This document shows positions 9,928-17,691 of a stretch of 64,000 bases of DNA, piece by piece. A program made the translations under genes and the position numbers. This DNA is from Nitrospirales bacterium (GTDB lineage Bacteria; Nitrospirota; Nitrospiria; Nitrospirales; UBA8639). The stretch lies in NCBI GenBank assembly GCA_965223295.1, contig CBDCWC010000003.1:608001-672000 (forward strand), in the 5' to 3' direction. Position 1 is the first letter of the stretch. Each line of letters begins with the position of its first letter. The notes below the pieces were generated by a model. That model worked only from the letters and a program-made list of their open reading frames with translations, made no database searches and was not told the origin of the DNA.

Positions 9928-10743
9928 TTACCCTTCTGCCTTGACCATATGAAGTGTCCGTTGCGGAAAGGGAATCGTGAGCTTTTCACTGTCAAATTGT
10001 TGCTTCAGAGTTTTCGTAAGATCAAACTTAACCGGCCAGTAATCCCCAGCTCTGCACCAGACACGGATCGTGAGATCCACTGAGCTCTCTCCAAGGTTCC
10101 CCACAACGACCATAGGAGCTGGATCTTTGAGAATCCGTACATCTGCCCCTGCATTTTGCTTCACAACATTGATCGCTTTGTCAATATCGTCTCCGTAATC
10201 AATCCCCATCACTAAGTCCACCCGCCGGGTCTCATGATGGCTATAATTTTTGACCACCGTACCCCAGACCTGGCTGTTCGGCACGAGAATCTGTACATTA
10301 TCAGGCGTGGCCAATTCCGTCACAAATAAGGTGATAGACTTGACCGAACCCGCAATACCTGCCGTCTCAACAAAGTCCCCCGCTTTAAACGGTCGAAAAA
10401 ACAAGAGCATCACGCCAGCTGCGACATTGCTCAACGTCCCTTGTAAGGCCAAACCAATGGCTAAACTGGCTGCGCCCAAGACTGCGATCAAACTTGTTGT
10501 TTCAATGCCAAATTGCGACAGAACGGCTAGAATGGTCGCAATAAGCACGACATACCGCGCCAGATTGGCCAGGAACCCCTTCAACGTTTCATCGACGTTT
10601 CCTGACCAACTGAGCCAATTTGCCACTCTTTTCTGAACCCAATTGGCCACCATTTTCCCAACAATCAAAATAGCAATGGCGCCAATTACCCTCAGTCCAT
10701 AAGTCGTGAGTAAGGTGAGGCCTTCTTTCATCGCTTCTTCCAT
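9928..10743 (-). CDS. mscS: Small-conductance mechanosensitive channel
   Basis: IAVLGAASLAIGLALQGTLSNVAAG, RPFKAGD, VPNS, IPFPQR. Confidence 0.95.
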   Translation of the reverse strand: MEEAMKEGLTLLTTYGLRVIGAIAILIVGKMVANWVQKRVANWLSWSGNVDETLKGFLANLARYVVLIATILAVLSQFGIETTSLIAVLGAASLAIGLALQGTLSNVAAGVMLLFFRPFKAGDFVETAGIAGSVKSITLFVTELATPDNVQILVPNSQVWGTVVKNYSHHETRRVDLVMGIDYGDDIDKAINVVKQNAGADVRILKDPAPMVVVGNLGESSVDLTIRVWCRAGDYWPVKFDLTKTLKQQFDSEKLTIPFPQRTLHMVKAEG

Positions 10744-10990
10744 AACACTCCTCCTTCAATTGAAAAAACCGGGAAATTGTACGATGGCACGACAAATCAC
10801 TATCAATGCCTCCACTGAAATCAAGTGGTCGACATTCCTAAGGAAGTAATTGATAAGAGAGCCAAAGTAAAAGAATAGAGAACAGGGTAAGCAGAGGACA
10901 TGATCACATGAACGTCGTTCTTGTAACCCAGACCATCAGGCATTGGGCAGGGCCACCTTTGTGGCCCTGCCACACGAAAGAAGTTGGTCG

Positions 10991-12454
10991 CTATCGTTCT
11001 CCACGCAACCGGCCGAGCCAATGTTCCATCTGTTTTCCCGCGGCTTCACGTCCACCAAGACCAAATGACAGGGCCACGGCCACTGCAATGGCTCCAAGAG
11101 TTAATCCGAACGCGAGGTTCACGATATCATCAGCCAAACCCATAGCCCGCAACCCCATGGCCAGCACAAGACCTAGAATCGCAAATCGTGCAATTCCCGC
11201 CAACATCCCAGCCTGGCTGCCCTGTATTCGTTGAATCCCCTCATAGGCCACGTTCGACAACCAAAACCCTACTCCAATGATCGCACTGCCCAATAATACT
11301 TGGCCGCCAAATTGGATAAACATGGCAACTAATTCAGATATTTGTACAAAACCTAATCGATTGGCCGCCTCAACAACCGCAAATAACATAATGAAAAATA
11401 CCACAATCTTCCCAACCATTTGAGAAGGGGTTACCGTCCCCTGAAACACTTGCTGGAGCCCCACTTTCACTGGAAGATTGTCCAGCCCCATCCCTCCTAA
11501 TAAGCTGGTTAAGAGATTGGAAATTAACCGTGAGACTAAAAAGGCGACAGTCAAAATAATCGCCGCAGCAAAAATATTCGGAATGGCACTCATCATGGAA
11601 TTCAACATTTGGGTCGCGGGAACGGTAATCACGTCAATATTGAGGGCTTGAAGAGCCGCAATCAACGCGGGCACCAAAATGAGAATATATACAACCAAAC
11701 CCACCAAATGTGATAAGGACATAGTGCCATGAAGACCAGCTCGTTCCCCTATCCCATCGGCCCCACTTGCGGCCAAGAGATTACTCACCAAATCTCGAAC
11801 GATTTTGGCCACAAACCAGCCGACACATCCAATGATCAGCGCTCCAAAAATATTCGGAACCATCCCCAACATTTCATTGACCATATCTTGGACAGGAGCT
11901 AACAATCCATTGAGTTCCAACGTACCAAGGATCGCAGGCAGGAATAGTAAGATAATCAGCCAAAACAACACGTTCCCTAAATTATCACTCATCGGACTCA
12001 TCCCAGCATTGGACGTGAGCGTGTCATCCAACTTTGTGGCCTGCAACCCCTTACTCACGACTGTACGAACAATAGTTGCCAGAACCCATGCCACTAAGAG
12101 CAACACGCCGCCAGCTACCAGCTTCGGAACAAAAGCCAACACTTGATCGAGCAGTCCTCGAAGTGGCCCGGACACTAATTCCAAATTTAAGGCGTTAAAA
12201 AATCCAACCAAGACAAGTAACAACACTAAATAAAACAAGGCAGAGGCCGTCCCCCCTTCAACATCCATCGACGATCCAGTTGTTGTCCCAAGACGCTTAT
12301 TCAACTCAAGAGCCTCAAGCCCTTTCCTAACCCCCGCTCGAATCGCGACGGCCACAAACCACCCGATAATAAGAACGCCGACCGCCCCAAGAACACCTGG
12401 AAGTGTCGATCCAAGCGTTTCCTGTAATGTTTCTGTTAATTTGGTCATGTCCAT
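10991..12454 (-). CDS. CmpX-like / TM_helix-repeat mechanosensitive channel-associated membrane protein
   Basis: Repeated P.l.ga..il.iGW.vA units and C-terminal ALSFGLGGREAA; AAGGAG RBS before ATG 12454. Confidence 0.8.
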   Translation of the reverse strand: MDMTKLTETLQETLGSTLPGVLGAVGVLIIGWFVAVAIRAGVRKGLEALELNKRLGTTTGSSMDVEGGTASALFYLVLLLVLVGFFNALNLELVSGPLRGLLDQVLAFVPKLVAGGVLLLVAWVLATIVRTVVSKGLQATKLDDTLTSNAGMSPMSDNLGNVLFWLIILLFLPAILGTLELNGLLAPVQDMVNEMLGMVPNIFGALIIGCVGWFVAKIVRDLVSNLLAASGADGIGERAGLHGTMSLSHLVGLVVYILILVPALIAALQALNIDVITVPATQMLNSMMSAIPNIFAAAIILTVAFLVSRLISNLLTSLLGGMGLDNLPVKVGLQQVFQGTVTPSQMVGKIVVFFIMLFAVVEAANRLGFVQISELVAMFIQFGGQVLLGSAIIGVGFWLSNVAYEGIQRIQGSQAGMLAGIARFAILGLVLAMGLRAMGLADDIVNLAFGLTLGAIAVAVALSFGLGGREAAGKQMEHWLGRLRGER

Positions 12455-12819
12455 GGATAACTCCTTTTTTGAAGATTCACTGTGGTTGACCAACGATTTG
12501 GACAGCTATTAATCGGTAAGGAACTCAAGAGAGAAAAAGTCCAGGTTAGCAAACAGATACGTTCTTCCTTTCACCTAGACCGACACGTTCTTGCAGTCAG
12601 AAATTTTAACTGAAAGAATTCCATTATATATGCAGCTTTTTTGTCTATCCTGTCGTAAAAGTCTTTTTTACGCAAGGGGTTGAAGAACATTATCTTCAAA
12701 AAACCTTGAGAAGATCCATGATGGGTTGTGGGTAGAGAAAGATCAAAATTGAGAGACAGGTAGGTATTGAGCAAAATTGTTAGCTTTGCCACTCAGCACA
12801 GCGGCAGGAACATTAGGGC

Positions 12820-12928
12820 AAAAAAAAGCCCTGGGGCAACTTCCACATCCTCATTTCGACTGACGAAAGGGTACCCCCTCTAAAGCCCCCCTCGTCACGA
12901 AACAAGGAATTAGGAAATCGCCCTGGGC
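12820..12928 (-). ncRNA. Candidate structured RNA: ~100-nt irregular hairpin ending in U8
   Basis: Minus strand folds into one long stem with about six G-U pairs (A-C mismatches on the plus strand), loop GCUUUAGAGGGGGUA, then eight U. Confidence 0.55.
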
Positions 12929-12991
12929 AAATTCTTTTCTCTCAGCGGCTCAAAAACTTTCAACTCTTTTTGTGAGAAATCTCCCCATGAT

Positions 12992-13612
12992 CTACCGCGA
13001 CCAAACCTGCGCCATGGCTTGCCCAATTTTCCGGTAATCCAGAGGCTTCCATAAAATTTGGTAGGCGCCGTTGTTAAAAAATTGAGCAAAATTCATACTC
13101 CACTTCTGATCCGCCAACACAACAAAGTACACACCTCTCTGAACAAATTCTTGTACCCGGAGTCGAATGTGATCAGATTCACTGTCTCCCAAATACGATC
13201 CATCTATAAAAACGACCTGCTTCGATGAAGGAATTTCGTTCCAAAACACATCTTGGCAGTCTGACACATCTTTACTTTGAAATCCTTGAAACCTCAAAAT
13301 TCCTCGAAGAAATCCCCGAACCAATGGATCTGGCGAGAGAATACAAACCTCTCTACAATTTTGAGATGTCAACGTCACGCCCTCCCCAATGCCTGGTCCG
13401 AAGTTGTCAAACTGTTCATCCTCAATTGGGCAAAGCATTGAAGCCTGAACCGTTTTTCTGCCTTGTTCCATAGATGTACCCCAGCTAGAATTTCTCGGCT
13501 CATGCACCACAGCAGATAATGTATGTTCATTGCTTATCGCTTCGTGTGTCATGTTGTTCACCATCGTCCTTGGAGAAAAAATATGGTTACTCAATCTATA
13601 TTGACGTTCCAT
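12992..13612 (-). CDS. Atypical receiver (REC)-domain protein, start uncertain
   Basis: C-terminal ~120 aa: VCILSPDPLVRGFL...VVFIDG...FVVLAD...GAYQILWKPLD (receiver topology with conserved KP). Confidence 0.6.
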   Translation of the reverse strand: MERQYRLSNHIFSPRTMVNNMTHEAISNEHTLSAVVHEPRNSSWGTSMEQGRKTVQASMLCPIEDEQFDNFGPGIGEGVTLTSQNCREVCILSPDPLVRGFLRGILRFQGFQSKDVSDCQDVFWNEIPSSKQVVFIDGSYLGDSESDHIRLRVQEFVQRGVYFVVLADQKWSMNFAQFFNNGAYQILWKPLDYRKIGQAMAQVWSR

Positions 13613-13680
13613 GACTATCAGGATCTTGAAAAAATTCAGTTGAGTAATTCGTTCTCTTAATTACTTTCCATTCTTCCATT

Positions 13681-13805
13681 CCAAAAACAGTGCCAAACAT
13701 AACATGTTGAATTTTAAATATATTTTACATATTCACCAAACATAAAAATCTCATAAAGACACAATTGAGTGTGTCAGACTGTCTCAACAAGAACGACCTG
13801 ACACA
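13681..13805 (-). promoter_or_regulatory. Putative sigma54 promoter with IHF site and upstream enhancer repeats
   Basis: TTGGCAC-TGTTT-TTGG (13696-13681); ATTCAACATGTTA IHF-like site (13712-13700); inverted repeats GACAC-N8-GTGTC (13758-13775) and TGTGTCAG...CTGACACA (13770-13805). Confidence 0.55.
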
Positions 13806-13844
13806 ACACAGAGCTATGGTTTTTGGGAAGTCTACGAACAAGAA

Positions 13845-13900
13845 AGAAAGGAAAAAAGAACGGAACCCAGTTCCCTTTAAAAAAAAAGAGAACAAGGTTC
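13845..13900 (-). terminator. Putative intrinsic terminator after DUF481 gene
   Basis: Minus strand GGAACC-TTGTTC...GGAAC-TGGGTTCC followed by a T-rich tract. Confidence 0.5.
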
Positions 13901-13918
13901 CACACATGCTGGAAGGAC

Positions 13919-14977
13919 TTAGGATTCGAAAGCGTACCCAAGGGTAAAGAGATATTGCGTATCAGTCTTTTTAGCTCCAGGCGCTGGCGTATTATCACGC
14001 CGCCAATTCACCTGAAACGTCGAAATGAAATTCTCTACCATGGTCCAACGCAAACCTTGCTGCGAGGTGATGTAATAGTCGCTTCTTTTTTCTAAGGAAG
14101 GATAGCCCTGGTGTTGGTGGAACAAGGTCAAGGAAGGCAAGACCGGCCAATTGAAGTTCACAGCCCATCGACCGGTAACATTACTTCTATCTTCTGCCCG
14201 CTTGAAATCTTCATTGAAAAATCCGATGCCCAGTTCAACCCCCAACTGCATTTTCGAAAAATACGGACTAGAGAAATCCCCTTCGTCGATAAGCTGATAT
14301 CCCGGACCCGTAAACACTGATGTTCGGAGATTCAGATCTTGAAACGTATCTTGTTCAAACAAGGCTCCCGCATAAGCATAGAACCGTTTAGTCACAAAAA
14401 AGTCTAGTTTAATGGTCCCAAAAGCATTACGCGCGTTTAATTCTCCGCTCGTTTCAGTATATAAATATCTTCCTAAAATTGTCAGTCGCAACCGGTCGCT
14501 TCTGGCAATCAGCTCACCAAGAAAGTTGTAGGTCTCTAGTTCGGTATTTCCCTTAACAATTGCGGCACCAAAATTCAAATTTCCTGTATAGGTCACAGAT
14601 TTTTTGATTGGTGGATTCACAGCCATCACAGACTCTAAGGCGACGGGAATGGGTTCACTGAGCATATCCGTTCTAATTCCAAGTGTCCCCGGCCCCAGCA
14701 TCGTGGGTTTTCCTTGGAGAACGGTCCCACTATTCAGGACCACAGTGACGGGATCTTCAGAGGTCAACCCATCAACCTCTGACCATTTAATTTTTATTGG
14801 ATCCCCATCATGAAATACCGTGTTAACTGTAATAAACCCTTTCGTCATCTCCAGAATTTCAACATAGAGTTCGCTTCCATCCTTTAAAGAAAGTTTTCCA
14901 AAAGGTTCCGCCATACCCTTAACAGGTATCAGACCTATCGTAAGAAACATGGCCCATGCCAAAAGCTTCCTGCTCAT
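13919..14977 (-). CDS. DUF481 family outer-membrane beta-barrel protein
   Basis: Signal peptide; LKDGSEL and LNSGTVLQG N-terminal repeats; amphipathic strands (DTFQDLNLRT, GPGY); C-terminal LGYAF. Confidence 0.8.
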   Translation of the reverse strand: MSRKLLAWAMFLTIGLIPVKGMAEPFGKLSLKDGSELYVEILEMTKGFITVNTVFHDGDPIKIKWSEVDGLTSEDPVTVVLNSGTVLQGKPTMLGPGTLGIRTDMLSEPIPVALESVMAVNPPIKKSVTYTGNLNFGAAIVKGNTELETYNFLGELIARSDRLRLTILGRYLYTETSGELNARNAFGTIKLDFFVTKRFYAYAGALFEQDTFQDLNLRTSVFTGPGYQLIDEGDFSSPYFSKMQLGVELGIGFFNEDFKRAEDRSNVTGRWAVNFNWPVLPSLTLFHQHQGYPSLEKRSDYYITSQQGLRWTMVENFISTFQVNWRRDNTPAPGAKKTDTQYLFTLGYAFES

Positions 14978-15237
14978 TGGACCTCCTTGTATGGTGAAAT
15001 AAACAGAGTAATTACCCGTATTTGAGGCATGATGCCCTCAAAGATTCATAGACGAATGACGAGGAAGATAATTGATCGGGAGGGGGTGACTGAACCAATA
15101 AACTGTACTGAAATCTTTTTCGGATTGTGCACAATAATTTTTAACCGCTACTCACAAAACACTTTACCATATAGAATACGGCGTTTTTGGGATTGGCACA
15201 ACCTTTTCGTGGGAAAATTTTTATTGTGATTTGAATA

Positions 15238-17004
15238 TTATTCCACAGCTATTCCTAAGTCGTTCAGACGACGGTACAGAGTGGATCGACTGACACCAAG
15301 AATTTTTGCTGCGCGTGAACGTTTCCCTTGGGCTTGTTCCAAGGCCGACAGGATCTCTTCTCGCTCATCCTTGGGAGAATGTTTCCCGACTCTCATCTGC
15401 TCCGCTGGCGTGGCGATTTCTGGCGGAAGATCGGATGGCTGAATACTTGAGCCACAACAATGGATCAACGCATAGTCAAATGTACCTTTGAGTTCTCGAA
15501 CATTTCCTGGCCAATCATATCGCAGCAATGTATGCATAGTATCTTGGGCAATCTCTCGTACGTCATGTTTCTTTGTAATCGCCCGAGCATGAGCTAGGAA
15601 TGCTTCGCTCAGTAAGGGAATATCTTCACGCCGTTCCCGCAAGGGAGGAAGCTCCAGTCGTGCTACACGAATTCGATACAGCAAATCAGCCCGAAACGCT
15701 CCCCTATCAACCAAAGCTTGTAAATTCTGATTCGTGGCGGCAACAACACGAACATCAACTTTTCGTGCGCGAGACTCACCCACACGAATAATTTCTCCTT
15801 CCTGTAATACACGCAACAATGTCGTCTGAATCGTGAGAGGCATATCCCCTATTTCATCCAGAAAAATTATGCCCCCATCAGCGGCTTCAAAAAAACCTTC
15901 ATGGTCAGTAGCCGCTCCCGTAAATGCTCCACGTTTATGCCCAAATAACTGGCTTCCCAATAACGAGTCCGTCAGCCCCGCACAATTTACCGCTATAAAG
16001 ACCTTGTCCTGTCTGACACTTAATCGATGCAGGGCTTTGGCAACCAGTTCTTTCCCTGTTCCAGTTTCCCCTTGGATCAAGACCGGGACATCAACAGGAG
16101 CAATATCCTGAATTTTTTTGTAAATATTCTGCATGGCCGGACTTTTTCCAATGAGATTTTCAAAATGGGCAGGGCCCGTCAGTTGTCGTCGAAGAGATTC
16201 AATTTCTGTTTTATCTTGAAAGAAGAGAATAATCCGTCCAGAATCTCGCGGATCATCATGCACATCCACTTCAATTTCTAGCCATGCCTGATGTTTTTTC
16301 TGTAACGAAAGGCCCACAGGGCTGCGATGACTATCGGTCAAACGTATTTGTTCCTGCACTTGTTGGTACTGTTCCTCGGTGAACGGCAAAGAATCAGTCC
16401 ACAACGAACCCACGAAGGCCTTGGAATCTATGGCTAACAAATCGCATACGGCCGGACTGACATAGGTAATGCTCCCCCTGGCATCAACCATTACCGTTGC
16501 CAGTTGTAAGTGGTCCAGCACAGCCATCACCTCATCGCGAATATGCTCACTTTCCGCAAGCTGTACTTGAACATGTTTTCGAACCTCACGTTCCTGGCCG
16601 TGCAATAAGTGATCTTCCCGTGCTTTCTGCAGGATCGGTTGCAACGGCACTTGCTCTGGTCTAAACCGTTGGATAATCAAAAAACGCCGTGTACCCTGAA
16701 TGAGTGCCGTGGCTTCCATATAACTCTCATCCTTCAGAAGAGCCTGTTCGCTCCATAGTCCTGATGACACCATCCCCTGTTCATGGGTTTCCCAAAACTT
16801 TGTGGCCTCAATCAAAAAACACGGCAGGAAACATGACTGGAGGACAAAATCTGTGGGATCAATTAAGGCATGATCTGAAGAAGCGGAACGAGGATACCAA
16901 CTCGGAACAACCCCAATGGTTCGGTATTCAGCCCCTGATTCAACTTCCAGGATCAAGGCATCAAAAACGTTCAGAATTTCCGAGTAAGGATCTTGGGTAT
17001 TCAT
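15238..17004 (-). CDS. Sigma54-dependent enhancer-binding protein: unnamed N-domain + PAS + AAA+ + Fis HTH
   Basis: GETGTGKE, FGHKRGAFTGA, FLDEIGD, WPGNVREL, AAKILGVSRSTLYRRL. Confidence 0.93.
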   Translation of the reverse strand: MNTQDPYSEILNVFDALILEVESGAEYRTIGVVPSWYPRSASSDHALIDPTDFVLQSCFLPCFLIEATKFWETHEQGMVSSGLWSEQALLKDESYMEATALIQGTRRFLIIQRFRPEQVPLQPILQKAREDHLLHGQEREVRKHVQVQLAESEHIRDEVMAVLDHLQLATVMVDARGSITYVSPAVCDLLAIDSKAFVGSLWTDSLPFTEEQYQQVQEQIRLTDSHRSPVGLSLQKKHQAWLEIEVDVHDDPRDSGRIILFFQDKTEIESLRRQLTGPAHFENLIGKSPAMQNIYKKIQDIAPVDVPVLIQGETGTGKELVAKALHRLSVRQDKVFIAVNCAGLTDSLLGSQLFGHKRGAFTGAATDHEGFFEAADGGIIFLDEIGDMPLTIQTTLLRVLQEGEIIRVGESRARKVDVRVVAATNQNLQALVDRGAFRADLLYRIRVARLELPPLRERREDIPLLSEAFLAHARAITKKHDVREIAQDTMHTLLRYDWPGNVRELKGTFDYALIHCCGSSIQPSDLPPEIATPAEQMRVGKHSPKDEREEILSALEQAQGKRSRAAKILGVSRSTLYRRLNDLGIAVE

Positions 17005-17179
17005 GTGTTAGTTGTTTTCACATAGCTTGATTTTTGAAGAAGACAAGAAACTCCTCTTTTAACTAAACACTTAGAGGGATAGATGAAACCAAGAGTCGAG
17101 GAGGTAGTCCCAAGCCCTGCTGCCAACCAGATGACGTGCCATCTGACCTACTGCAGCTTGAGGAAAAGAAAAACTCTTG

Positions 17180-17680
17180 TTATTGGACCTTAAGCATCTG
17201 CTTGGTCAGTTCAATAAAGGCCAATTCAACACCCTCTCCAGTCTTGGCGCTGGAGTGAAGGACAAGACAGGCATCATGAGCCAAATCTTCATACATCTCA
17301 GGGTCGACTTGCCATGATTCACGAAGATCGTATTTATTGATGACAAGGACATACGGAACAGATCCCAGAGATTGGATAGCTATCTGGTGCAAAACACGCG
17401 CACCCTCGAGTGACTCTTGCCTTGTTCCATCAATTACCAATAAATATCCTGCTGAACCATGCAAGTATGAGGCCCGCACTTTCTGGTAGTCATCATCCCC
17501 ATACAGATCCCAAAGGATCATTAAGATTTCTTGACCAGAAAGGTGAACAGTCTTTTGATCAATTCTGACGCCAATGGTGGTATGGTATTTTTCTGAAAAC
17601 TGGCCAGTGACAAATCGCTTCACCAAACTTGTTTTTCCGACAGCAAATCCACCCAGCATGCAAACTTTTTTTTTAATCAC
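17180..17680 (-). CDS. Stand-alone Ras-superfamily (Rab-like/Rup-type) small GTPase
   Basis: G1 GGFAVGKTS, G2 TIG, G3 WDLYG, G4 NKYD, G5 SAK; 166 aa with no C-terminal lipidation cysteine. Confidence 0.92.
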   Translation of the reverse strand: MIKKKVCMLGGFAVGKTSLVKRFVTGQFSEKYHTTIGVRIDQKTVHLSGQEILMILWDLYGDDDYQKVRASYLHGSAGYLLVIDGTRQESLEGARVLHQIAIQSLGSVPYVLVINKYDLRESWQVDPEMYEDLAHDACLVLHSSAKTGEGVELAFIELTKQMLKVQ

Positions 17681-17691
17681 TCCTTGCCCTT

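Noticed and set aside
10785-15210. Plus-strand TGGCAC motifs near 10785 and 15194 as sigma54 promoters
   Set aside because: No -12 TTGC-like element, and they face no plus-strand gene.
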